64,000 bases of DNA from a virus, in the UHGV virus genome UHGV-0277313, one strand, 5' to 3'. Below are positions 33,887 to 45,700 of the stretch, piece after piece. Within the stretch, counting starts at the first letter, position 1. The number at the start of each line of letters is the position of its first letter. The notes beneath the pieces are model-generated. The model made no database searches. It was not told where the DNA came from and worked only from the letters and a program-made list of their open reading frames with translations. The translations under genes were made by a program, and so were the position numbers.

Positions 33887-34660
33887 ATGGCTGACAACGT
33901 GCCGTCAATGTTAGATTTTGTTGAAAGAACAATTAGGTTAGCTTTAGGCAATCCTATAATGCTTCTTTGTGAAAAAGAAAAAGAGATCAAAGAAGATGCT
34001 GAATATGTAGGGTTAATGGACTATTATAGATTATGTCCTTTTATTCAGCGTACGTTTCATACATTGTCAGGAATGGACGGATTAAATCTGTCTATTCCTT
34101 TTTCGCAACCTATTGGAATGTTACCTAAAAGAGTTCAGAAGTATGCCTATTATTTAGGTGTTGTACGTGCTGATGTTTCTATAGGTATGTCATATCAAGG
34201 GTTGTATTCTTTTGATAACTATCTTTTAGGTACACCGTTAGTAAATCCGTTAGCGGCGTATTCTGGCAGTGGTAATCTTTTCTCAAGAACTGATTTCCCG
34301 TTGAAACAGTTGGCATATACAACAACAACGGATTTAACAACAGGTGAGCCTTCATATATAATTAATCGTACAGAAGAATGTGTTGATGTTATAGGGCCTG
34401 TTACGATCGGTCAGTTGATGATGGAACATGGTTTAGGTTTTTATTGTTGGGATATGATTGAGCCTAGTCATGTGGATTTGGTTTCAAAATTTGTTAGTAA
34501 AAGATTATTGGAATCCGTTATTACGTCAAGAACTTCAGTGAAGCTAAAATCAGATTTTGATATTGATGTATCAGCTTTAGAAAGACAATTAGATAAAATA
34601 GATACTTATTTAAAAGAAGAAGCACCAAAATATCAAAGACAGAATCTGATTTGGGGGTAA
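33887..34660 (+). CDS. hypothetical structural protein (257 aa)
   Basis: ORF tightly packed with the flanking late genes. Confidence 0.45.
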   Translation: MADNVPSMLDFVERTIRLALGNPIMLLCEKEKEIKEDAEYVGLMDYYRLCPFIQRTFHTLSGMDGLNLSIPFSQPIGMLPKRVQKYAYYLGVVRADVSIGMSYQGLYSFDNYLLGTPLVNPLAAYSGSGNLFSRTDFPLKQLAYTTTTDLTTGEPSYIINRTEECVDVIGPVTIGQLMMEHGLGFYCWDMIEPSHVDLVSKFVSKRLLESVITSRTSVKLKSDFDIDVSALERQLDKIDTYLKEEAPKYQRQNLIWG

Positions 34661-34663
34661 ATC

Positions 34664-36634
34664 ATGAATCAACAGAATAAAGATTTTTATAATGTTTTAA
34701 ATGATCATAATGTTTTAGTTGAAGAAGACGAAGGTTATGAAATTCAACAAGCTGAAGCTTTACAGAAATCTTTGGAAAAAGCTAAAACTTTAGAAGATTT
34801 GTTTAAAATTAAGTCATTCGGCAATTATGTTGGTTCATTGCATGTTATGTCTAGTGATGGTACTGATACAGAAGCATCGAGTTCAAATTATAAACCTATC
34901 ATTGATTTTAAGACTTTGACAGGTTTTTCATATGAAGATAAGTTAAGAGTTGTAACATTTTGTTGCGCTGTAATAACTTCTGTTTTTGACGCGTTGAAAC
35001 AAAAGAAGAAGCTGGACGACGAATCACTTGCACAAAAAATACCTGTTGGTAAAAAAATTGCTGTTAGTTTAGGAAAAGATTCTGATTTAAAAAACAATGT
35101 TTTTGGTTATGATATTGTAGCAGATAAATTAAATGAGATTAACGAAAATAAAAGTATGTTGATCAATTTAAATGTAAACAGTGATTATTTATATAAAATG
35201 TTTGCATCTGGTATTTTATCATTGGAAAATATTGGTGAATTCATTGTTAAGTTTAAATCAGATACGTGTGAATTTGTTTGTCAATCTTCAAAACTTTCTG
35301 AAATTTTGAATATCCTTAATTTATTGCAAAGAGAAGCAAGCAATGTAACTTCAATAAATTCTTTAAAAGATTCTTTTGGAGTTTTATTGAATAATATTGT
35401 TTTTACGTTTTGTGGTTTGACTGTTAATGAGATTTTCAGTGATACAAATGAACGTGAATATGAATTATTTTCCAGCTTAAGTGAAGAAGATAGAATTCAG
35501 TTAAAGCGTACTGTTGTAGAGGAATTAGTAGATAGTTTTTCTAAAAAAATACATTTAGATCCGTATAAGATTAATTTTAACAGTAGTTTTAATGTTGATG
35601 GAAAAGTTTCGTTTATAACGGATTTTAATTTCAAATCTGTAAATGTAAAAAAAGCTAGTGAAGATACAGCTTCAAAAAATATTAAAACTAAAGGTAAGTC
35701 AGATAATATTTTATATTATGTGGCGCAGCAATTATCAACAGCAGATTTTTCAAAATTTGATGAAAAATTTGAAATTCAGAATTCAGGTTTTGTTAAAAAG
35801 TTTAATGCTGATTGGAAATTGGTGCTTAAACCTGTATTTGATGAAGAAAATATTAAAAAAACAAAAGATGCACTTGATGATTTGAAGTTTGAAATTGACG
35901 AAAGATTATCAAAGTTAAAATTTTTGTATGATGCCAATATTCCAATGAAAAAGGTCGGTCAGTCAGAAATTGTAGATGATGACAAGATTTCAAATAATTT
36001 AATGGATGTAATGGAAGACTTGACAGAAAAAGATGAAATAAAAAGCACTCTATCTGGTTCTGGTTATTTCTTTAGAGTTACTTTAAAAAAGTTTGTTGTG
36101 TTAAAGAAAAATTTTAATGATAGCAAAAAACAGATACAGGCTTTGTATGATGTGAAACTAAAAAAAGCTAAAGACGATTACCCTGAACTTGGTAAAGATG
36201 GTAAGATTTCACAATCAAAATTGAAGTCCTATCAAAGTAATGTTTCGGAGTTGGAAGATAAAAAAGAAAGTAGTTTATCAGATTTGAAAACGAAATACAT
36301 GGAGTCTAGAGCTAAATTAGTTGCAAATGCAGAAGAGGCTGTCAGAGCAATAAATACTTTAGCATCATCTATTTCATCAAATCAAAATAAGTTGAGAAGA
36401 ACTGAAGATTTTATGAACAGTTTAGGTAAAGATAGTTATTCTAAAGATGTCTGTGAGGCATGGAAAGAAAGCTTTTTATCATTGTTGTCGGAAGAGGATA
36501 ACGTTGTTCAAAAAAGAATTCCTGAACCAAAACGTGAGTCAGATAAATCGTATAGGTTAAATGGAAAACTAAGCTTTAACTTTAATAATAAAGATTATTT
36601 TTATACAATGAATTTGTTGATTGTTGTACGGTGA
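34664..36634 (+). CDS. hypothetical K/D/E-rich structural-module protein (656 aa)
   Basis: Long ORF starting 3 nt after the upstream stop. Largely helical and charged. Confidence 0.45.
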   Translation: MNQQNKDFYNVLNDHNVLVEEDEGYEIQQAEALQKSLEKAKTLEDLFKIKSFGNYVGSLHVMSSDGTDTEASSSNYKPIIDFKTLTGFSYEDKLRVVTFCCAVITSVFDALKQKKKLDDESLAQKIPVGKKIAVSLGKDSDLKNNVFGYDIVADKLNEINENKSMLINLNVNSDYLYKMFASGILSLENIGEFIVKFKSDTCEFVCQSSKLSEILNILNLLQREASNVTSINSLKDSFGVLLNNIVFTFCGLTVNEIFSDTNEREYELFSSLSEEDRIQLKRTVVEELVDSFSKKIHLDPYKINFNSSFNVDGKVSFITDFNFKSVNVKKASEDTASKNIKTKGKSDNILYYVAQQLSTADFSKFDEKFEIQNSGFVKKFNADWKLVLKPVFDEENIKKTKDALDDLKFEIDERLSKLKFLYDANIPMKKVGQSEIVDDDKISNNLMDVMEDLTEKDEIKSTLSGSGYFFRVTLKKFVVLKKNFNDSKKQIQALYDVKLKKAKDDYPELGKDGKISQSKLKSYQSNVSELEDKKESSLSDLKTKYMESRAKLVANAEEAVRAINTLASSISSNQNKLRRTEDFMNSLGKDSYSKDVCEAWKESFLSLLSEEDNVVQKRIPEPKRESDKSYRLNGKLSFNFNNKDYFYTMNLLIVVR

Positions 36635-37113
36635 TTGATATGAACGATTTAGAGCAGATTAAAGAACATTTAGAAAAGGTAATGTTGGCAGAAAACGTTC
36701 GTGAGTGGATGGTTATAGTCAATAAAGGTTTGTTAGGAAATCGTCGTGTCGTATATTCAACTGATGATAGAAGTAAAGTAAAAGAAAAGTTTGAATGGTA
36801 CCGTGATACTTATCCTAATATTAAGTTTCGTATTATGACAAAATCATCTTTTAGAGATTCGTATCATCGTTTCCCTGAATACATTGACGATGCAAAAAAG
36901 CAACAGTTGTTTGGTGATAGAGAAAGAAAAGTTTCGTATGGTCAATCTGAAGTTAAAAAACGGTATGTTTTTTCGCCGCGTACAAAAGACGTAGAGGTTG
37001 ATGTAGAGGAACCTGTAGAAAAAGAGATTATTAGAACAACGGTTATTAAAGAGCCACAACAACAACAAAATGGTTATGTTAAAACAAAACCTGTTGATAT
37101 AAAGAAAGTTTAA
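36631..37113 (+). CDS. hypothetical protein (160 aa)
   Basis: 4-nt overlap with the upstream gene. Followed by a strong terminator. Confidence 0.45.
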   Translation: MIDMNDLEQIKEHLEKVMLAENVREWMVIVNKGLLGNRRVVYSTDDRSKVKEKFEWYRDTYPNIKFRIMTKSSFRDSYHRFPEYIDDAKKQQLFGDRERKVSYGQSEVKKRYVFSPRTKDVEVDVEEPVEKEIIRTTVIKEPQQQQNGYVKTKPVDIKKV

Positions 37114-37122
37114 TTTTGTTAG

Positions 37123-37161
37123 ACCCGTCAAATTAACTAAAATTTGACGGGTTCTTTATTT
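37123..37161 (+). terminator. rho-independent terminator upstream of the chaperonin operon
   Basis: ACCCGTCAAATT-aactaa-AATTTGACGGGT followed by TCTTTATTT. Confidence 0.8.
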
Positions 37162-37188
37162 ACTATATTTTCTATTCGGAGAATTTCT

Positions 37189-39068
<1,880 letters not shown>

Positions 39069-39139
39069 TAATTTTATTCCGTTTCTTTTTTCACTATTCA
39101 CGTTTTTTGTTCTTTATGCAATGAAGGTTACGGTGAAAA

Positions 39140-39538
39140 ATGGCTGGCGAAGTTCGATATCAATATCGTGATTTTAACTTGAATTACATAACAGGTGGTG
39201 AAAAAGGACCAGCTTGCGTATCAGGTTATGCTGCGATTAGAGAATCTTTATTAAATATTTTATATACAGATATGGGTTCACGTTTTTTTAATCGTGGATT
39301 TGGAAGTTTATTGCAACCGTTATTGTTTGAGCCTATGAATGAGTCAACGGTTTCAAGTATAAGAACAGTGTTATATACAAATATTCCTGAATTAGAGCCT
39401 CGTATTGAGATGGGACCTTATGATGTTGAGGTTGAAGCAGATTATGCCAATCATTGTTACATTGTGACAATGCATATGATAGAAAAAAGCACAAATCAAT
39501 CTTTGAAGTTAAGTGCTGTACTTGAACAGGTGTCGTAA
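39140..39538 (+). CDS. 25: baseplate wedge protein (T4 gp25 / GPW-like), 132 aa
   Basis: SGYAAIRESLLNILYTDMGSRFFNRGFGSLLQPLLFEPMNESTVSSIRTVLYTNIPELEPRIE parallels T4 gp25 SLGLRSIKNSLLGIITTRKGSRPFDPEFGCDLSDQLFENMTPLTADTVERNIESAVRNYEPRID. Confidence 0.75.
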   Translation: MAGEVRYQYRDFNLNYITGGEKGPACVSGYAAIRESLLNILYTDMGSRFFNRGFGSLLQPLLFEPMNESTVSSIRTVLYTNIPELEPRIEMGPYDVEVEADYANHCYIVTMHMIEKSTNQSLKLSAVLEQVS

Positions 39539-42500
39539 TGGAATTAAGAAATAATTTAGTAATTGACTATGATACTTTTAAAGCAGCATTGACTGAAATT
39601 TTATTGGAAGATTCTGATACTTTTAGGTCGTTATACCCTGGCTCAACGGCAAATATTTTCGTTGAGTGTTTATCAGGTTATGCTGCAATGTTAATGTATA
39701 GATTGCAGACAGCGATCACAAATTCATTTTTGAAAACAGCATTTTCGGAATATTCAATTTTTTCAATTGCTGAAATGTTGGGTGTTATCATTCGTGGTAA
39801 TACAGGTTCAAAAGTTGATGTGGTTTTAGAAAGACAGCCGTTTACGTCAACTCCCAATCTTCCTGCATTTACAATTCCACAGCATACAGGTTTTACGATT
39901 AATAATTTACCTTTTTATAATCGTGAAACATTAACATTCCCAAGTAGTTACACTCAAATTGAAACAACATTGTATCAAGGTGAGATTAAACAGAAAGAGT
40001 ATACAACAACAGGGGCTATGAATGAAAAGTTCTTGTTCGGAGACAGTTTTACCGTTGATATTAGTTATGTAACAGTTTTGGTAAATGGTGTTGAGTGGAA
40101 AACTGATTACGAAACAATTATGGATTATACTGTTGGTGAAGAAAATTCGACAGATAGTGTTCAAGTTGTTTTATTAAGAACAAATGTTGATGGTACGTGT
40201 TACATTCAGTTTGGTAACGGTATTTACGGTGCTTTACCACCAGCTGGATCTATTGTTCAAATTTTATATGCAACAACTGTTGGTGCAGCTGGTAACTTTA
40301 CAGGTGCACAAGATTTGTCAATTAATGACAATCTTCTATCTGACAATATTGAAGCTCCAGAAATTTTACAAGTATCTGGAGCAAGAATTGGCGCTGCAAC
40401 TGATGGTTCGAATAGATTGTCGGCCTCTTCTTTAAAATATGTTTCACCTCGATTATTTGCTTCTAATAATCGTGCTGTTAAGCGTTCCGATTATATTGGA
40501 CAGATGATTTACAATTGCAATTATAAGGATTGTAACTTTTGGGGCGAATATGAACAAGCAAAGAAAGAAGGTTATGCCGACAACTCGATGATGAATAGAG
40601 TTTATTATACGGCAATTACAAATGATTTTTCTGTCAATACTGTTGTTTTTACAACAGGTGATGGTGTAACAAAAGAGTTCACAAAAAATGTATCTTCTAT
40701 TGTGATGTTCCCTGGTTCTGTTGAAGTTAAAAGTGATACAGAAACTTTCCGTGATTATAATGGTATGGGTTACATGTTTTCTGAAGCTTCTGATTATACA
40801 ATTCAGAAAAGTTTAGGAAAAATTGTAACAACAGACGAAGATGATTCAGCAACAGGTGAAACTGTTTCAACTGATACAACTTGTGTTGTTCAGTTTAATT
40901 TATTAGGAAGTATTGGTGAAACAAATCTGAATATTGATTTTTCACAGAGCATGAAGTGTGTTATTGATGTTACAGGTGAAAAGCATTGTAAATTGGGTGA
41001 TAGAACATTTACAAAACAGATTGATGGGAAAACGTATACTTTTACTTTTGATTATAATGATAGACGTATTTTAACTGATGTTGAGTTTAAAGGTGTTGGT
41101 CAGGAGTTTGGATATTCAACATCTGAAATGTCAGTAGCCGTGACAGAAAAATCTGGAAGTATTGTAAATACTGTTAATGATGCAAGATTAAAGGTTTTAT
41201 CAATACAGTATATTACAGGCTCAAGTGTTGTTTATGATAAAACAGAAGTTGTGACAACGGAATTTGATGTTAAGACTTCTTCGAGTGGTAACTTCTCAAA
41301 CACGACAATTACAGTAGCATGGGATGATCCGTCATCTGAATCTGTAGATGGTTCATTACAAATAACTAAAACATTTGAAACATTTTTAAGTTGTAAATTT
41401 GATGAATCAGGTGTTCCACATTGTTGGTTAGGTAGCAATAAATTAGAAAAAGAATTTGATGGCAAGAATTATGTTTTTGAATTCTTGAATAAAGATGGAA
41501 CAACATTGTCTGATGTAGAGTTCATTGAAGGTCAACTTTTTAATAAAGATTCAATGATTTATGTGAAAGGTGAAATCCAAACTTTCACAGAAGAGGGTGT
41601 TGAATACGAAACAATTGAAAATGCGAATGTAAAGATTGTTACTGTTAAATTCGTAGAAAGAGACATTGGAAACATCTTAATACAAAAAGAAAGTGTTGAA
41701 GATGAATCGATGTCGAATGCTAATACTTATTATCAATCATCGCAAGCGCCAACTTCAAGTCACCCAATTGTTATTGATTTTTCATTTGATAAACCGATTG
41801 CTCTTGCTGGTATTCGATTCTTTTCATCTTCATTCTCAACAGCTGAAGACAGGTGTTTCCCGTCTAAAATAATTGTTTTAGGTTGGCGCGGCGGTGAAGA
41901 TGGAACAGACCCTGTCAATTTGCCACTTGAAGATTTTGAATCAAGTGATGAAAATAAGGCTTGGAATTTTAAAGAGTTAATGCATGATACTCGTTGGGAA
42001 CATTTAACTGAAGCCGTGAGTTTGTCTGAACCGGGCGTGTCAGCATGGTCAGATTGGGTAGGTTTGGATACTTCAGCAAACGAAAAAACATTTACATATA
42101 TCAAAGACGGTGCACCAGTAACATCGAAAAAACAGAATGTTTTTAAATTGTATCGTTTGATTGTTTTGGATCGTTTTGGTGCTTCAGAAGAACAGTCTAT
42201 TAAGATTGGTAAAGTTGCTTTAATTACAAAAGCAAAATCATCTTTAGTGAATTATGAAGATGGAAATGCTATAGTTAAGTTCAAATCAGCACCTGCAGTT
42301 GATGAAGTGATTTATGCGACAACTATTGGGGAAAAATTGTCTGATTATCAAAAGTTGCGCGATTACGCTTTCTTAAAGAAAATTAATCATTTTACAACTG
42401 AAGTTGAGTACAAAGATTTGAAATTAAAACGTGTTGATATTGATGTTAAAGTTATTTATAGCAATTCAACAGATGTTTCAACATTAAAATCAAATGTTGA

Positions 42501-42714
42501 AGAAGCAATTACTAATTTATTTGCTGTTACGCAGGGACGTATTGGTCAGAGTTTACGTGTTTCAACATTGTATTCAACAATAATGGGTGTTGAAGGTGTT
42601 GTGTATTGTATTAAGAAATTACCTGTTGATGACATTGAAATAAATGTTGACGAAATTTTGTATTTATCAAAATTGAACATCGAGTATGAATCAGCAGCAA
42701 GATTAGGGAACTAA
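39538..42714 (+). CDS. 6: baseplate wedge protein (T4 gp6 / baseplate-J family), enlarged to 1058 aa
   Basis: N-terminal FVECLSGYAAMLMYRLQTAITNSF resembles the gp6 VLCDLLAYNTLYIQQFGNAA region. Directly follows gp25, with an ATGA overlap. Confidence 0.55.
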   Translation: MELRNNLVIDYDTFKAALTEILLEDSDTFRSLYPGSTANIFVECLSGYAAMLMYRLQTAITNSFLKTAFSEYSIFSIAEMLGVIIRGNTGSKVDVVLERQPFTSTPNLPAFTIPQHTGFTINNLPFYNRETLTFPSSYTQIETTLYQGEIKQKEYTTTGAMNEKFLFGDSFTVDISYVTVLVNGVEWKTDYETIMDYTVGEENSTDSVQVVLLRTNVDGTCYIQFGNGIYGALPPAGSIVQILYATTVGAAGNFTGAQDLSINDNLLSDNIEAPEILQVSGARIGAATDGSNRLSASSLKYVSPRLFASNNRAVKRSDYIGQMIYNCNYKDCNFWGEYEQAKKEGYADNSMMNRVYYTAITNDFSVNTVVFTTGDGVTKEFTKNVSSIVMFPGSVEVKSDTETFRDYNGMGYMFSEASDYTIQKSLGKIVTTDEDDSATGETVSTDTTCVVQFNLLGSIGETNLNIDFSQSMKCVIDVTGEKHCKLGDRTFTKQIDGKTYTFTFDYNDRRILTDVEFKGVGQEFGYSTSEMSVAVTEKSGSIVNTVNDARLKVLSIQYITGSSVVYDKTEVVTTEFDVKTSSSGNFSNTTITVAWDDPSSESVDGSLQITKTFETFLSCKFDESGVPHCWLGSNKLEKEFDGKNYVFEFLNKDGTTLSDVEFIEGQLFNKDSMIYVKGEIQTFTEEGVEYETIENANVKIVTVKFVERDIGNILIQKESVEDESMSNANTYYQSSQAPTSSHPIVIDFSFDKPIALAGIRFFSSSFSTAEDRCFPSKIIVLGWRGGEDGTDPVNLPLEDFESSDENKAWNFKELMHDTRWEHLTEAVSLSEPGVSAWSDWVGLDTSANEKTFTYIKDGAPVTSKKQNVFKLYRLIVLDRFGASEEQSIKIGKVALITKAKSSLVNYEDGNAIVKFKSAPAVDEVIYATTIGEKLSDYQKLRDYAFLKKINHFTTEVEYKDLKLKRVDIDVKVIYSNSTDVSTLKSNVEEAITNLFAVTQGRIGQSLRVSTLYSTIMGVEGVVYCIKKLPVDDIEINVDEILYLSKLNIEYESAARLGN

Positions 42715-42715
42715 C

Positions 42716-45700
42716 ATGCATTCATTAAATTGGGACGTTACTTCAGAATATAATCTGAATATCACAGGTCAAACTTTAGATTTTATCTTGTTTAAAGATT
42801 CGGTTTGGCAAGATGATAGTATTTGTGATTTTAGCGATGGTACGTCATTTACTTTAAATGCATTGACAATTGAAGGCCAGTTATTAACTTTATTTGCGCT
42901 TTCAAAATATTATGTTGTTAGAAAATATATTTTAAGAAATGATGGGTATATTGCTGGTAGTGATGTTGACTTAAAACCTTTTAAGATTACGACTGATAAC
43001 GTTGCTGTGTTTCTTAATGGCACTTATGTCAGACCAACATGCTATACAGCAACTGATCATTCAATTAGATTTCATATTAAAGGGGAAAGAGTTTCAGGAA
43101 CATCCGAACTAAAGGATTATATTTCATGGTCCGAAGGTGATGTTGTAAAATTTATTACAAATGATCCTGATTCAAAAAAACAGACGTTCAATAGCTATTT
43201 TATGCAATATACGTCAAACAAAGCGACAACTGTTTTATCACAGAATGGTAAAAACTTTTATTCTGCAATAACACCAAAATTGTCTAAAGGTAAAACAATT
43301 GTTTTAGTGAATGATAAAATAATTCCTTACAGTGAATTATCATTTCCTGGTGGTGAATTTACAACAGGTAATGTAAACACACAGGGTGCTTTGGTCATTA
43401 AAAGAAACTTGTCAGAAGCTGATAAAGTTACAGTCTTTTATTTTGAAGAAGATTTTGAACATTTTGAATATTCCCCTAAAACAGGACAAACTAGGTTTCA
43501 AGGTCCAGATCTGTTAGGTAATTATTTAAGTTATTCAACGACTGAAGGCGCTGGTGTAGCACAACTTTTTGAATATTCTGTAGGTAATACTGGTGAAGTA
43601 GTTACAAATGGTGTTCCTTGGTCAAATATTACAGGTGTAACTAATGGTTGCCGTTTACATGCATCATGTATTTTTAATGGTGTTTCATATTCTGGTGAAG
43701 CTGAAATACAAGATTCAAATATGGAAAAATCTTATGTTTCAGTAAAGATTATTTCAGAATTTGGAAGAAAAGAATTTGATTCGTCAGAGTGGTATATTTC
43801 TCCAGCATATTCGAAAAATATTGTTTCTTATTTAGATGGAAGGACACAAAGTACTGTAGCGTTTCCTGAAATTTTAGGAACATTTCAGATGTTCTTTCTA
43901 GATTATTATCAGGATGGGTTACGTCGTTTAACAAACATTCGCAATGTTAATGAAGTTGAACCTGATTTACTGATCCCGACGTTAGATATGTTAGGCATGC
44001 GTTTGGATATGTCTAATGTTTCAGAGTTAAACAAACGTCGTGCTGTTCGTGAAGTAATTAACTTTTATAAACGTTGTGGTACTAAAAAGTCAATTAACTT
44101 TTTAGGTTATATCAACGACAGAGTTATTAATCTTGATGAAGCTTTATGGACTAATGATTATATTCATTTTGCAACACCTGATGAGTTAGGCGCAACTTAT
44201 GAAAGAAAACAATTAGCTCAATTTATTGATTATCGTTTCATTGCTGCAACTGCAGTAGAAACAGATGATTACGGTGATTGTTTGGATTTAAAAGGACCGT
44301 TTAAGTTAAAGGTAGAAGGTACAAAATTAACTATTCCTTACGGAAGCAGGGCTTTTTATCCTAATCACTATACTGGCACAGAAGGATCAATGAAATGGAA
44401 TTCAATTTCAGATAAATTGGAATTGAATAGTGAAGATTATTCGCCAGGTGATTACTTTTTAATTGTAATTGATGATCATGGATTTCAACATTTAGATTTA
44501 GTTGAAAATATACCTTCAGGAACACAAGAAGATTTTCTTGAAACAAATGTTAGTTATTATTATAATGAAACATATAATTCGATCAATATGGTTGACGATT
44601 TAGAAGTTTCAGTATCTTTACCTGTCGCAAAAGTTAATATCGCGCTAGATGATTATACAATTACTTTGTTGCAAGAATATAAAACATGTTCGTTTGTAGA
44701 TGATTTTGTTTTTGCAATGACATCAGATCCTGTTAGCGATCCAGTGTCTAAAATTAAAACACAAACAGGTTTGTCTTATTCATATCAAATAATTGATAAC
44801 GAAGATTTTGTAAATGATCGAAAAGTTGAGTTACAGAAATCACAGCGTTTAGATATAAAAGATGCAACAGGGGAAAATTACCTTGTATTTCTTAATGATT
44901 CGAATGAATTAAAGGATGTCAATAACGTAACATTAAAGTATATTCCTAAAGGGTATTATACTAATACAGGTATTCAACCTGTAGCAACAAATCATGCTTT
45001 ATGGAAATTTCATAATGAATGGTTTGTATATGATAACTTCGCTGTTGGGTTAGATAAATATGAATTTACTGTAGATGAATCTGGAGAGATTGTAAAAGAT
45101 TCATCAGGTTATTCAGATATTAAATATGTTGTTAAAGATTCTTGGTATAAAAGTGTATTCATTGGTGATTTCGTAGAATTGCCAAAAGCTAGTACATTAG
45201 AAGAAATCAAAAATATAAGTAATACTTTTTATGCATTTTACAATAAAGAACAACAACTTCAAGTTGTTTATACATTAGAACAAGATCCTGAAGTAGGTTC
45301 TGTCGTATACAAAATAGCAGATGCGAGTGTTGTTTTAGGTGTTGTTGATAGCGTAGATAAAACCAAACATACGATAACTATTGGTTCAGCAACTTATTCG
45401 TTTAGCCCTTCTAGAAATGTAACAGGTCGTCCGTTATGTCGTGTCGATGGCGTATATTATTCATTAGTTAAACGCCAAACTTATGAAGTCGATACTTGTC
45501 ATGAGTATTCAAACGGTAATGATTTGATGTTTCTTTTGAGTTCGAATCCTATTGTTGGTGATATTGCACATACTTATAAAGATTACGAACGAAGTGATTA
45601 TGTCGTTACAAGTGTTGATGCATTTCTAGGTGTTGTCAAGGTTTGTCCAAAACAATATTTTGGAACAGAACAGCAAGATGATTTTACTAAACAATATACA